Below are positions 37,074-47,037 of a stretch of 64,000 nt of DNA, one piece after another; the first letter of the stretch is position 1; every line of letters begins with the position of its first letter. The stretch comes from an uncultured Solirubrobacterales bacterium. Its GTDB lineage: Bacteria; Actinomycetota; Thermoleophilia; Solirubrobacterales; Solirubrobacteraceae. The notes under the pieces were generated by a model. The model did not search any database and was not told the DNA's origin. It saw nothing but the letters and a program-made list of their open reading frames with translations. The position numbers were made by a program, and so were the translations under genes. The DNA lies in assembly GCA_963844765.1 (NCBI GenBank), contig CAWJPN010000001.1, positions 218,565 through 282,564 on the forward strand. Reading direction: 5' to 3'.

Positions 37074-37120
37074 CCCCGCTCCGCCCGAGCGCGTCTGCCC
37101 GCCCGCCTAAGATGTGCCGT

Positions 37121-37870
37121 ATGCCCACCGTGATCGAGGACAGGCTGCGTGACGCCGAGGCCCGCGCCCGCACGGCCGAGAACATCCTCACCGCCGCCGT
37201 CGTGCTGCGCGAGGCACAGATACCCGCCAGCTCGCCCGAATCCCACCGGCTGTTCAACCAGCTCGTGAAGCTGCCCGACGCCAGCGCGATGCGCGCCCAC
37301 ATCGCCGCGTCGCAAGGCGGCGCGCGTGGCCTCCGCGAGGCCACGTCCTACACGCCCGCCGCTCGCAAGCTGCTCGCCCAGGAAGGCGCCGCTCGACCCG
37401 ATGGGTCCTACCCGATCACGAGCAAGTCGGAGCTTGAAGATGCTTTGGATGACTTCAACCGCTCGGGTGGCAGCGATGCCGACCGGGAGCACATCACCGC
37501 GCGCGCCGACGCGCTTGGCGCCACCGACTGCTTGCCGGCGGACTGGCCCGGCTCCACATGCGCCGTGCCGGTGCAGGAGTCCGAACGCCGGCTGAACGCG
37601 CTCGGCATCCCCACCCTCGACGGTGGGACTCTCGGGCCGGTTCGCCTCCGTGAGGCGACGGCCGGCGACCTTCAGCGACTCGGCATCCCGACGATCGCGG
37701 TCCCCGGCGGGCGCGTCCCGGAGCTGGAGCAGCTCGGCATCCCGACCATCGGGGGCGGTGCCCTCGGGCCGATTCCGCTGCGCGAGAGCGAGGCCGGCAC
37801 CGGGACGCTGCAACACATGCAGTTCTCCACCGACCCCAGCGGCGGCGCGGTCATGCGCCGCCTCACATAG
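37121..37870 (+). CDS. Head-associated-like protein with PDGSYPI domain, LGIPT repeats and LRE[A/S] motifs
   Basis: RKLLAQEGAARPDGSYPI..REHITARADALG..LPADW; three LGIPT repeats. Confidence 0.6.
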   Translation: MPTVIEDRLRDAEARARTAENILTAAVVLREAQIPASSPESHRLFNQLVKLPDASAMRAHIAASQGGARGLREATSYTPAARKLLAQEGAARPDGSYPITSKSELEDALDDFNRSGGSDADREHITARADALGATDCLPADWPGSTCAVPVQESERRLNALGIPTLDGGTLGPVRLREATAGDLQRLGIPTIAVPGGRVPELEQLGIPTIGGGALGPIPLRESEAGTGTLQHMQFSTDPSGGAVMRRLT

Positions 37871-37887
37871 AGGAACGCCCGCCCGCC

Positions 37888-38304
37888 GTGGCGCCCGCCG
37901 GCACGATCACCGAGGCCCCGAGGGTCAACCTCTTTGACGGCACGGGGATCGTCGCCGATGGTGACGAGGGCGTCCAGCTCGGCGAACTGCACGCCCTCGG
38001 CTGGCCGGACAAGATCAGCGACGAGATCGGCAGGCCCGGATATATCGAGGGCTACGTGCTCGACGGGTGCCTGGTGCCTGCCGAGGACAACCGGGAGCGC
38101 GAGCCTGCCGTGTTCGACCGCTACTACTACACCGACGACGGCCACGCCCCGGTGCTCGTCGATGTCCTGTCGGGCGGCTCGGACCTCGACTGCGAAATGC
38201 AGGAAGCCGAGAAGCACGTCGCGCTGAAGCGCAAGTGGTGCAAGGCGCGCGGCATGACGTACAAGGTCGTCGTCGCCATGCCGTCGCCCGTACCGCTCGG
38301 CTAG
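37888..38304 (+). CDS. Possible TnsA-N / head-completion-nuclease-like protein
   Basis: FDRYY..VLVDV..KRKWCKARGMTYKVV pattern; weak. Confidence 0.4.
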   Translation: MAPAGTITEAPRVNLFDGTGIVADGDEGVQLGELHALGWPDKISDEIGRPGYIEGYVLDGCLVPAEDNREREPAVFDRYYYTDDGHAPVLVDVLSGGSDLDCEMQEAEKHVALKRKWCKARGMTYKVVVAMPSPVPLG

Positions 38305-38592
38305 ACGCCGCGCACCCTCTCAGGGCGCCGTGAGAGCCGTTCGCACGGCCACCACGCGGCGATCCAGAGCTGCCCCGGCCGTTCGGTCGGCCGATGATGT
38401 CGAGCCTGCCATACGCGCCCGTGTGCTCCGGGTCGTGGTCGTGCCTGACTGGCAGCTCGCGGAACGCCTCGACTCGCGCACCTGCCGACGCTGCACCGTC
38501 CCGGCCGCAACTCGCGCGGCGGCGGTACTCACCAGCGGTCGCAGCCGATCACCGATCACCGTCCGAACGCGCTCCCCGACGAGCGCCGCGGG

Positions 38593-39825
38593 TCAGCCGA
38601 TGGCAGGCACCCTGCTTCGGTCTTCGGCTGTCGCCTGGTCAAGCGCATCGAGCCTGCCGACCAGCGTCCCAAGCGCCGCCTTGGATGCCGGGTCGCGTCG
38701 CATCCCGTGGCGGTAGACGCGCAGCGTGAACGTCGGATCGGTGTGCCCGAGCTGATCCATCACCGCGCCGGGATCGACGCCGAGCGCGACGAGGATCGAG
38801 GCGAACGTGTGGCGGAGCTTGTGAGGCGTCAGACCGGCAGGCAGCGGCGTTCCGCCGGCCTGCTCCAGATGTTCGCTCGCCAGCTTCGCCGCCGGCGTGA
38901 GGATGCGGTTACGGACATTCGAGGGGTTCATCGGGCCGGCGGCCTGCGTCGGGAATACCCGAGCGCTCGCGGGCGCATCCGTGCGCGCCTTCAGCGCCAG
39001 CAGTTCATCCCGGAGCGCCGGCAGCAGGTCCACCGTTCGGACACCCGCGTTCGTCTTGGACGCCCGGATCGTGATGCGTCCATCGGCGAGGTTCACATCA
39101 CGCCAGCAAAGGTCGATCAGCTCGCCGATACGCAGACCGGCGAACGTCAGCATGGCGAGGATCGCACGGCGCGGGACCTGCCCGTTGGCCTTCGCCTTGC
39201 GGTCCAACTCACCCGCCGCGGCCAGCAGCGCGTCGATCTGCTCCGCCGAGTCCAGCCACACGGCCGCGGGCCTGCTCGCCTTCAGCCGGCGACGCTTCCC
39301 GCGCGCCGGGTTGCGCTCGATCAGCCCGTACTCGACCGCGACCTCAAGGATCTGCCCCAGGCGCGTGATCGTCTTGTTGATCGACGTGGCCGAGAGCGTG
39401 CCCTGCTTGACCTTCGCCGCCCGGTAGCGATCGACCTCGGCGATCGTGACCTGCGACAAGCGATGGTTCTTGAAGAACGGCAGCAGGTGGTGGGAGAGCT
39501 GCCATTCGTAGTCCAGGCGCGTCGTCTCCCGCCATTCGCCCCTGCTCGCCTCAAACCACTGTGACGCGAACTCATGGAACGTCGGGTCCTGCTCGACCGC
39601 CGGCGCCGGCTCAACGTCTGCCGGCTTCGGCGGCTCCCACGTCCCCAGCTTCACCCGCGCAAGTTCGCACTCCAACTCGTCCTGCGCGCGCGCCCGCGTC
39701 CATCCTTCCTCGGAGCTGCCAAGCGCAACGTACTGGCGTCCGCCGTTGGCGTTGAAGCGCAAGGCATACGTCGGACTCTTGCGGCGCTTGTCAACGATCA
39801 CCTGACCTGTCGCTGGACGCGGCAT
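38593..39825 (-). CDS. int: Tyrosine integrase of element B, intact
   Basis: GLRIGEL, SKT, HKLRHT, LGH, LRVY. Confidence 0.95.
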   Translation of the reverse strand: MPRPATGQVIVDKRRKSPTYALRFNANGGRQYVALGSSEEGWTRARAQDELECELARVKLGTWEPPKPADVEPAPAVEQDPTFHEFASQWFEASRGEWRETTRLDYEWQLSHHLLPFFKNHRLSQVTIAEVDRYRAAKVKQGTLSATSINKTITRLGQILEVAVEYGLIERNPARGKRRRLKASRPAAVWLDSAEQIDALLAAAGELDRKAKANGQVPRRAILAMLTFAGLRIGELIDLCWRDVNLADGRITIRASKTNAGVRTVDLLPALRDELLALKARTDAPASARVFPTQAAGPMNPSNVRNRILTPAAKLASEHLEQAGGTPLPAGLTPHKLRHTFASILVALGVDPGAVMDQLGHTDPTFTLRVYRHGMRRDPASKAALGTLVGRLDALDQATAEDRSRVPAIG

Positions 39826-40049
39826 CAGCGCTCACCCCCGAACAGATCCTCGACCGGCTCGCCGAGCGCACGACCGATCGCAAGGGCGATCCGCACGGTC
39901 GGCAGGGCGCCGGCCTCTATGCGCGCGATCGTGGCGCGGCCGACGCCGATCTTCTCGGCGAGCTGCTGCTGCGTCAAGCCCGCGCGACGGCGGGCCTGCT
40001 GTACCTGGTGTCCGCGCTCGGGCGCGCGGGTAGCCTTCGCTGTTGGCAT
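39825..40049 (-). CDS. XRE HTH protein coupled to int (possible RDF or regulator)
   Basis: ARRRAGLTQQQLAEKIGVGRATIARIEAG; TGATG overlap. Confidence 0.85.
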   Translation of the reverse strand: MPTAKATRAPERGHQVQQARRRAGLTQQQLAEKIGVGRATIARIEAGALPTVRIALAIGRALGEPVEDLFGGER

Positions 40050-40125
40050 GGGAGATTCGACCTCCTGTGTCCGGCCCCCGGCCGTTGGCGCGGTGCGGGG
40101 GCGCTTTTTGTTGTCGCCTTGCATT

Positions 40126-40141
40126 GTATCAAGGATGATAC
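40126..40141. promoter_or_regulatory. Palindromic operator candidate
   Basis: GTATCA-AGGA-TGATAC upstream of the XRE-int operon. Confidence 0.55.
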
Positions 40142-40349
40142 GCGCGTGCTTGGACGGAAAGCTGCGCGCACCGCTGAGCGCCGCAGATGCAGCGCTCGCT
40201 CGGCCGAGAGGATCGTCGCCCTGGTCGGAGGTCGAGGCGCCGATCGAAGCACCGCGCGGGAGCTGTAGGGGCAGAGCAGCAGTAGGCGCTCCGCGTGGGG
40301 CACGGAGCACGTGCGAACGGCCATGAGGGTGCCGTCTGTGCAGGCGTGT

Positions 40350-40583
40350 CTACTCGGCGGCGTCATCGGCCGTGGGCTTCGGGAGCGAGTCGTACAAGGT
40401 CGATCGACTGACGCCGGCGAGCTGCGCAATCTCGGTCATCGAGAGGCCGGCATCGCGGCACGTGGCGCTGAGGTCCGCCAGCTCGGCAATGAGCTGGTGG
40501 ACGCGCTCGTCAGCGGCCTTGCGCCGGCGGGCGTACTCGCGGAGCTTGCGACGGGCGTCGTCGGGGTGCATAGGCCGCGTCAT
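40350..40583 (-). CDS. Small protein with C-terminal HTH
   Basis: GLSMTEIAQLAGVSRSTLY. Confidence 0.75.
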   Translation of the reverse strand: MTRPMHPDDARRKLREYARRRKAADERVHQLIAELADLSATCRDAGLSMTEIAQLAGVSRSTLYDSLPKPTADDAAE

Positions 40584-40966
40584 GCCGCCACCGCCTCGGC
40601 GGGCTTGAGCTGCGGGGTGTACTCGACATCGAAGACGCTCAGCTTCCCCTTCAGCGGGTGAAGCGGGAGCGGCCGGGGGTTCGCAACGATCCAGTGCCAG
40701 TGTCCGGGCATCGCCCACGCGGAGGGATGACCCTGTACGCAGTCGATCAGATCGACCACGCCGACGATCCCCCCGGTCGGTGCGTCGGCCGGGATCAGGA
40801 TGCCGTGCTGGCTCTCGATCATCCCTCTGACCGCCAGGTCGGGGCGGGCGCTCGCGTGGATGAGGAGAGGTCCACGGTAGGTGGTGCGCCACGTCCGGTT
40901 CTCGATGTCCTTCCCGGCGTGCAGGATCGCGTGCGCCCACGGCTGCTTGATCGACAGGGCCTTCAT
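40580..40966 (-). CDS. ASCH-domain protein
   Basis: ALSIKQPWA..I..GKDIENRTW.T.YRGPLLIHA. Confidence 0.9.
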   Translation of the reverse strand: MKALSIKQPWAHAILHAGKDIENRTWRTTYRGPLLIHASARPDLAVRGMIESQHGILIPADAPTGGIVGVVDLIDCVQGHPSAWAMPGHWHWIVANPRPLPLHPLKGKLSVFDVEYTPQLKPAEAVAA

Positions 40967-41451
40967 GCTGGCACCGCCTCACGCGCGGCGAGCTGGGGCG
41001 TGATCTCCTTCAGGTAGGCGCGGGCGGCCTTCTCGTCCACGATCCTGTTCGCGTCGTGCTTCAGGTAGACCTCGACGGTGCCGGGGCGGTCGTTGCGATC
41101 GGTGCGGCCGGTCGCCTCGCGCCACTCTGCGAACTGCCATCCGGGGTCGCTCGTGCGGCTGGGGAACTTGATCTTGAGCAGCGCCGCGACGCTCGGACTC
41201 ACGGGCCGCTTCGCCGACCGCCGGCGGGCCGGCTTCGCCTTCACGGGCGCCGCCGGCGGGTGGGTGATCGTGCGCTTGGATCGACGGGCGGGCTTGACGG
41301 GCGCGCGGTGCTGCGTAGGGACGATCCTCATGCGCTGTCCGCACCCGCAGGTGGGGACGCCGGCGTGCTCGACGTGCCGGGCGGTCATGTGCAGGGTGCA
41401 GCCGCAGGCGCATTGGACCTTGCGGTAGCTGGGGCGGTTGGCGGGGTGCAT
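40963..41451 (-). CDS. Basic protein with N-terminal CxC..CxC zinc ribbon
   Basis: KVQCACGC..TCGCG; Lys/Arg/Pro-rich linker. Confidence 0.6.
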   Translation of the reverse strand: MHPANRPSYRKVQCACGCTLHMTARHVEHAGVPTCGCGQRMRIVPTQHRAPVKPARRSKRTITHPPAAPVKAKPARRRSAKRPVSPSVAALLKIKFPSRTSDPGWQFAEWREATGRTDRNDRPGTVEVYLKHDANRIVDEKAARAYLKEITPQLAAREAVPA

Positions 41452-41489
41452 GGTGGTGGGTTCTCCTATCGGGTTGGGTGGTGGTGTGC

Positions 41490-41714
41490 TCAGCGCTCGG
41501 GTGTCCCGAGCGGCGGGTCTACGGGTTCGCCGTGGGCGTTCAGGTAGGCGGTGGTGGTGCCGTTCTCGCCCCAGGCGATCGTCACGTACAGGTCGGGGTA
41601 CAGGAGGCTCCGTTCGGGCTTGCAGCCGGTCCATGCGAAGGGCGGGTCCTCGGGCAGCTCCCGGACCTGCCTCTGCTCGACGGCACGGGATGAGACGGGG
41701 GTGGTGGTGGTCAT
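41490..41714 (-). CDS. Small hypothetical protein, first gene of the leftward operon
   Basis: Just downstream of a consensus promoter; RBS GGAG. Confidence 0.55.
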   Translation of the reverse strand: MTTTTPVSSRAVEQRQVRELPEDPPFAWTGCKPERSLLYPDLYVTIAWGENGTTTAYLNAHGEPVDPPLGTPER

Positions 41715-41760
41715 GGTGTCTCCGTTCGGGTGGTGGGGTCTTCCTCGACCCTCTCCCTAG

Positions 41761-41789
41761 AGTGTAGAGGACCCGGACAGATTTGTCAA
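41761..41789 (-). promoter_or_regulatory. Near-consensus sigma-70 promoter
   Basis: Minus strand TTGACA-17 bp-TACACT. Confidence 0.85.
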
Positions 41790-41812
41790 GGTCCCGGACA
41801 CATCTTTAGAAC

Positions 41813-41864
41813 CTTGTCCGCCCTGTCACAAGCCGTCGCTTGTCCGCTCTGTCACAAGCCGTCG
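41813..41864. repeat. Tandem repeat, 2 x 26 bp (1 mismatch)
   Basis: CTTGTCCGC[C/T]CTGTCACAAGCCGTCG. Confidence 0.9.
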
Positions 41865-41995
41865 AGGCCCCGCTCGACGGTTGCCAATCAACGCGGGGAG
41901 TGCGCCTGCTCAAAGCAGGCTGGAGCGCGAGGCCGCGGGCTGCCCTCTCGGCTCGGCGTCGTAGCTCCTCGTGCACGAGCGGCGCCCGCAAGGGG

Positions 41996-42054
41996 GGCAG
42001 CGAAACGGCAGCGAAAGGGCGGCGGTTAAGGCAGCGAAAAGGCAGCAGCGCCGG
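41996..42054. promoter_or_regulatory. Candidate arm-type sites of element B near attL
   Basis: GGCAGCGAAA at 41996, 42007 and 42030 plus GGCAGCAGC at 42041. Confidence 0.65.
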
Positions 42055-42132
42055 TTTGGAGGGTGACTGGGGTGGTGTTGCGGTCGCCGGCGGAGCCTCA
42101 GATTTGGCTCTATAGCTGGCGATACGGGGTAA

Positions 42133-42205
<73 letters not shown>

Positions 42206-42388
42206 AGGCGACGCCGCGGAACGGCGCCTTCGGTCTTGGGAGCTTAGCGCCAGCGCCAAGTGCGCATCGTGGGCGCTGTCCCCGTCTTGGGCGTGGGGCG
42301 GGCACGTGGGCGGGGTGAGCGTGGGACACCGCGAGCCGCGCGCCGTGGTGCCCACGGCGAGAGCCGTCCCACCGCTACCGTTGCCTCC

Positions 42389-43387
42389 ATGGACCTGTCC
42401 ATCTTCTTCGCCGGAACCGGCGGCTCTGTGCCCGGCCCACGCCGCGGGCTGCCCGCGATCATGGTGCGGCGAGGCGCCGAGCGGCTGCTGTTCGACTGCG
42501 GCGAGGGGACGCAGCGCCAGCTGGTGCGCTCTGTCGGGCTGGCAGATTTGGACAGCGTTTTCCTGACGCACTTCCACGCCGACCACTGGCTGGGACTGCC
42601 TGGCATGTTGAAGTCATTTGCCCTGCGCGACCGTGAGCAGCCGTTGACGATCTACGGGCCGCCTGGGTTGGGGCGGCTCATGGACGACGCGCGCTTCATC
42701 TACGGGCGCCTGCCCTACGAGCTGAGCGTGGTGGAGCTCGCGCCCGCCGAGGCCGTGGAGTACGACGGGTACCGCGTGGCTTGCGTGCCTGTGCGCCACC
42801 ACCGCGGCACGGCCTTTGGCTACGCACTGGTGGAGGACTCCCGCCCCGGGCACCTGGATCCGGCGCTGGCCGAGCGCCTGGGGGTGACGCCCGGCCCCGA
42901 CTTTGGGCGCCTGCAGCGCGGGGAGACAGTCAACGGCGTGGCACCCGAGCAGGTGATGGGGGCGACGCGCGAGGGGCGCAAGCTCGTCATCTCAGGGGAC
43001 ACGGTGCCGTGCGAGGCGCTGGCGATCGCCGCGCACGAAGCCGACGTGCTGGTGCACGAGGCCACCTTCACAGAGGAGGACGCCGCGCGCGCGGCGGAGA
43101 CCGGGCACTCCACCGCTCGTCAGGCGGCTGAGCTGGCGCGCGGGGCGCAGGTGCGGTTGCTGGCGCTCGTGCACCTCTCCACGCGCCACTCGCCCGCCGA
43201 CTGCAAGCGCGAGGCCCGCGCTGTGTTCGCCGCGAGTGAGGTGCCGCGTGACTTCGACACGATCGAGGTGCCCTTCCCCGAGCGCGGGGCGGCGCAGCTG
43301 GTGCGCTGGTCCGAGCGTGTGCGGGAGCGGGAGGGCGGGCCGGAGCCCGCGCCGGTGGCGGACGTAGAGACCGTCGCCCCGCACTGA
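42389..43387 (+). CDS. rnz: Ribonuclease Z
   Basis: FDCGEGTQ, THFHADH, SGDT, HEATF, HST. Confidence 0.93.
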   Translation: MDLSIFFAGTGGSVPGPRRGLPAIMVRRGAERLLFDCGEGTQRQLVRSVGLADLDSVFLTHFHADHWLGLPGMLKSFALRDREQPLTIYGPPGLGRLMDDARFIYGRLPYELSVVELAPAEAVEYDGYRVACVPVRHHRGTAFGYALVEDSRPGHLDPALAERLGVTPGPDFGRLQRGETVNGVAPEQVMGATREGRKLVISGDTVPCEALAIAAHEADVLVHEATFTEEDAARAAETGHSTARQAAELARGAQVRLLALVHLSTRHSPADCKREARAVFAASEVPRDFDTIEVPFPERGAAQLVRWSERVREREGGPEPAPVADVETVAPH

Positions 43388-43410
43388 TACATTCAGCCCT
43401 ACCCAAGTGC

Positions 43411-43442
43411 TCCTTTAACCCGGTCCGGCGAGGCCAGGAAGG
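43411..43442 (+). promoter_or_regulatory. PyrR-binding RNA site
   Basis: CCTTTAA..GGTCCGGCGAGGC..GGAAGG immediately upstream of pyrR. Confidence 0.8.
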
Positions 43443-43450
43443 AAAAGACG

Positions 43451-44005
43451 GTGGACAGAGAGAAAGTCGTCCTCAACGAGGACGACGTGCGGCGGGCGCT
43501 CGTGCGCATCGCCCACGAGATTGCCGAGCGCAACCCGCAGGCAGAGAACCTGGCGCTGGTGGGCATCCACCGCCGCGGCGCCTTCCTCGCGCGGCGCCTG
43601 CAGGGACTGCTGGTGGAGCTGCTGCACACCGAGATCCCACTGGGGGACCTCGACATCGGCTTCTACCGCGACGATGTGGCGAGTCGCCCCGAGGCGCCGG
43701 TGGTGCACGCCTCGCACATCGATTTCGACGTCACCGGGCGCACGGTGGTGGTCGTGGACGACGTGCTGTTCACCGGGCGCACGGTGCGCGCGGCGATCGA
43801 GGCGCTGTTCGACTACGGGCGCCCCGCCCGCGTGCAGCTGGCGGTGCTGGCCGACCGCGGCCACCGCGAGCTGCCGATTCGCCCGGACTATGTGGGTAAG
43901 AACCTGCCCACTTCGCGCGAGGAGCACGTCAACGTGCGCGTGCGCGAGCTGGACGACGTGGACGAGGTGGCGATCGCCGTCACCGCGGTGGGGGTCGCAC
44001 CGTGA
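43451..44005 (+). CDS. pyrR: Pyrimidine operon regulator / UPRTase
   Basis: [27 protein letters not shown]. Confidence 0.95.
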   Translation: MDREKVVLNEDDVRRALVRIAHEIAERNPQAENLALVGIHRRGAFLARRLQGLLVELLHTEIPLGDLDIGFYRDDVASRPEAPVVHASHIDFDVTGRTVVVVDDVLFTGRTVRAAIEALFDYGRPARVQLAVLADRGHRELPIRPDYVGKNLPTSREEHVNVRVRELDDVDEVAIAVTAVGVAP

Positions 44006-44934
44006 ACCACCTACTCACCATTGAAGACCTCGACCGCGCTGCGATCGAGCGGATCGTGGAGCAGGCCGAGCGCTTCGCGGAGGTCTCCGACCGCGAGATC
44101 AAGAAGGTCCCCGCGCTGCGCGGGCGGATGGTGCTGAACCTGTTCTACGAGGCCTCCACGCGCACCCGCTCCTCCTTCGAGCTGGCCGCCAAGCGGCTCT
44201 CCGCGGACGTGGTGAACTTCGCTGCTTCGGGCTCGAGCGTGGAGAAGGGGGAGTCGCTGAAGGACACCGTCCTGACCCTCTCCGCGCACAAGCCCGACGC
44301 GATCGTGCTGCGCACGCCGTGGGCGGGGTCGGCGGAGCTGGTCTCGCGCTGGTGCTCGGCGGCGATCGTCAACGCGGGGGACGGCAAGCACGAGCACCCC
44401 ACACAGGCGCTGCTGGACGTGTACACCCTGCGCCGCCGCGTGGGCGCGCTGGACGGGGCCTCGATCTGGATCGTGGGCGACGTGGCGCATTCGCGCGTGG
44501 CGCGCTCGAACATCCTGGCTTTCCAAAAGATGGGCGCGAAGGTCACCGTGGCCGGCCCGCCGACGCTGATCCCGCGCGGGATCGAGGCGCTGGGGTGCGA
44601 GGTGCGCTTCACGCTGCGCGAGCTGCCCTCCGCGGACGTGGTGTATGCGCTGCGCATGCAAAGAGAACGGATGACCGAGGCGTGGGTGCCCTCGTTGCGC
44701 GAGTATGTGGCGTGGTATCAGATCAACGGTCGGCGCCTCTCCCCGCGCCAGGTGCTGATGCACCCAGGGCCCGTGAACCGCGGCGTGGAGCTTTCCGGGG
44801 AGGTCGTGGACTCCCCGCAAGCGGTCATCACGGCCCAGGTCGAAGCGGGCGTGGTGGTGCGCATGGCGGTGTTGTATGAGTTGCTTGCCGGCAGTCCCGT
44901 GCCCACCCCTGCACCCGAGCCACAGCTGGCATGA
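44002..44934 (+). CDS. pyrB: Aspartate carbamoyltransferase
   Basis: [20 protein letters not shown]. Confidence 0.96.
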   Translation: MNHLLTIEDLDRAAIERIVEQAERFAEVSDREIKKVPALRGRMVLNLFYEASTRTRSSFELAAKRLSADVVNFAASGSSVEKGESLKDTVLTLSAHKPDAIVLRTPWAGSAELVSRWCSAAIVNAGDGKHEHPTQALLDVYTLRRRVGALDGASIWIVGDVAHSRVARSNILAFQKMGAKVTVAGPPTLIPRGIEALGCEVRFTLRELPSADVVYALRMQRERMTEAWVPSLREYVAWYQINGRRLSPRQVLMHPGPVNRGVELSGEVVDSPQAVITAQVEAGVVVRMAVLYELLAGSPVPTPAPEPQLA

Positions 44935-45025
44935 CGAACACTCGGCCCACCCATGTCCGCCGCGCGCGGCCACAGCTGGCCCACGTTGATGCGCCGGCTC
45001 GGATGACGGCGACGCCCAGGTCCAC

Positions 45026-46372
45026 GTGATGGCCGCCTCGCCGCTCGTTCACGGCCCGCACACGGCGGCCGACCTGCTGCTCAGCGACGTGCACGTGCTC
45101 GACCCCCGCAGTGGGCTGGACGCGCGCCAGGACGTGCGCGTGCGCTCGGGCGAGGTGGCCGAGCTGGCGCCGCCGGGCACCCTCAGCCGCGAGGAGGGCG
45201 AGGAGGCGATCGACGGGCGCGCCAGGCGCCTGCTGCCCGCCTTCTTTGACCCCCACGTGCACCTGCGCACGCCCGGCCAGGAGCACAAGGAGGACCTGGA
45301 GACGGGTACCCGCGCGGCGGCCGCCGGAGGGTTTGGCGCGGTGATCGCGATGCCCAACACCTCCCCGGTGATCGACTCGGCGCCACTCCTGCGCTCGCTG
45401 CGCGACGCCGCCGCGCGCGAGGCACGCGTGCCGGTGGGCTTCCTGCCGGCCATCACCCGTGGGCTGGAGGGAAGGGAATTGAGCGAGATGGCCGAGCTGC
45501 GCGAGCAGGGCGCGCTGGGCTTCACCGACGACGGGCGTCCGGTGGTGGACGCCGGGGTGCTGCGCAAGGCCCTGCGCTACCAGCGCCTCTGCGGGGGGGT
45601 GCTGGCGCTGCACGAGGAGGACCCCTCGCTCTCCCACGGCGGCGCGATGCACGAGGGTCCCGTCAGCGCCGCGCTGGGCATCGCGGGGATCCCCAGCGTC
45701 AGCGAGTCCACGATGGTCGCCCGCGACGCCACGCTCGCCGGGTACGAGGGGGGCCGAGTGCACTTCCAGCACCTCTCGTGCATCGACTCGGTGCAGGCCG
45801 TCGCCGGCGCCAAAGCACGCGGCGTGAGGGTGAGCGCCGAGGTGACCCCCCACCATCTGTTGCTCTGCGAAGAGGACGTGCGCAGCCTGGACACGCGCAT
45901 GAAGATGAACCCGCCGCTCGCCACTGCGGAGGACCGCGCCGCGCTGGTGGAGGGCCTGCGCAGCGGGACGATCGACTGCGTGGCCTCAGACCACGCCCCG
46001 CACGCGCGCGATGAGAAGGAAGTACCCTTCGAGCAGGCGCCGATGGGCACCACCGGGCTGGAGACGGCCTTCGCGGTGCTCTACACCGATCTGGTCCTGC
46101 CGGGAGTGCTGGCGCTGGAGCTGCTGGTGGAGCGGATGACGGCGGGGGCGGAGCTGTATGAGCTGCCCCTCCCGCGCATCGCGGTGGGCGAGCCGGCCAA
46201 CGTGACGCTGATCGACCTCGACGCGGAGTGGACGCCGGGAGAGCACGGCTGGGAGAGCCGCTCGGAGAACTGCTGCTTCGCCGGGCGGCGGCTGCACGGG
46301 CGGGTGCTGCTGACGGTGGCCGCCGGCGCGGTCGCATACCGCGAGCGGGCGTTCTCGGTGGTGGCCGCCTGA
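45026..46372 (+). CDS. pyrC: Dihydroorotase
   Basis: DPHVHLRTPG, KMNPPL, SDHAPH. Confidence 0.95.
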   Translation: MMAASPLVHGPHTAADLLLSDVHVLDPRSGLDARQDVRVRSGEVAELAPPGTLSREEGEEAIDGRARRLLPAFFDPHVHLRTPGQEHKEDLETGTRAAAAGGFGAVIAMPNTSPVIDSAPLLRSLRDAAAREARVPVGFLPAITRGLEGRELSEMAELREQGALGFTDDGRPVVDAGVLRKALRYQRLCGGVLALHEEDPSLSHGGAMHEGPVSAALGIAGIPSVSESTMVARDATLAGYEGGRVHFQHLSCIDSVQAVAGAKARGVRVSAEVTPHHLLLCEEDVRSLDTRMKMNPPLATAEDRAALVEGLRSGTIDCVASDHAPHARDEKEVPFEQAPMGTTGLETAFAVLYTDLVLPGVLALELLVERMTAGAELYELPLPRIAVGEPANVTLIDLDAEWTPGEHGWESRSENCCFAGRRLHGRVLLTVAAGAVAYRERAFSVVAA

Positions 46373-46442
46373 TGCCGGCGAGTACGTACACCAGCATGGA
46401 CACCGGCGATCTGGCCGCACCCGGTCGGGGGAGGCGAGGCCG

Positions 46443-46982
46443 ATGAGCCTGCTCTCGCGCCCGCGCGCCGCGCTCGTCGTGGTGGACGTGCAGGAGGCGT
46501 TCCGCGGCTACCCCTCCTTCGCCCCGGTGGCGGCGGCGTGCGCGAAGCTGGTGCAGGCCGCGCGTATTCTCCAGTTGCCCGCGGTGGTGAGCGAGCAGTA
46601 CCCGAAGGGCCTAGGGCACACCGCGCCCGAGGTGGGGCTCACCGCCGAGCCCACGATCGAAAAGAGCGTCTTCAGCGCCGTTCGCGCCGAGGGTTTCGAG
46701 CGTTCGGGGATCGGCTCGCACGGGCGCACGCAGGCCGTGGTGTGCGGGATCGAGACCCACGTGTGCGTCTCACAGACGGTCCATGACCTGATAGCCCAGG
46801 GAGTCGAGGTGCACGTGCCCGCCGACGCCGTCGGCTCGCGCCACCAGATCGACTACGAGCGCGGGCTGGAGCGCCTGGAGCGCGCAGGCGCGATCGTGAC
46901 CACGGTCGAGTCGGCGCTGTTCGAGCTGCTGGAGCGCGCCGGGACGCCCGAGTTCAAAGCCGTGCAGGCGCTGATCAAGTGA
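46443..46982 (+). CDS. Isochorismatase-family hydrolase
   Basis: VVDVQE, EQYPKGLG.T, GIETHVCV. Confidence 0.9.
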   Translation: MSLLSRPRAALVVVDVQEAFRGYPSFAPVAAACAKLVQAARILQLPAVVSEQYPKGLGHTAPEVGLTAEPTIEKSVFSAVRAEGFERSGIGSHGRTQAVVCGIETHVCVSQTVHDLIAQGVEVHVPADAVGSRHQIDYERGLERLERAGAIVTTVESALFELLERAGTPEFKAVQALIK

Positions 46983-47037
46983 GCCGTAGCACGATGCCCG
47001 CCCTAGAGACGAACGCCATCCAGAGGCCCGTCGCGTG

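Noticed and set aside
38330-38729. ORFs overlapping the 3' end of int B as real genes
   Set aside because: No motifs, low-complexity composition and antisense overlap with the integrase
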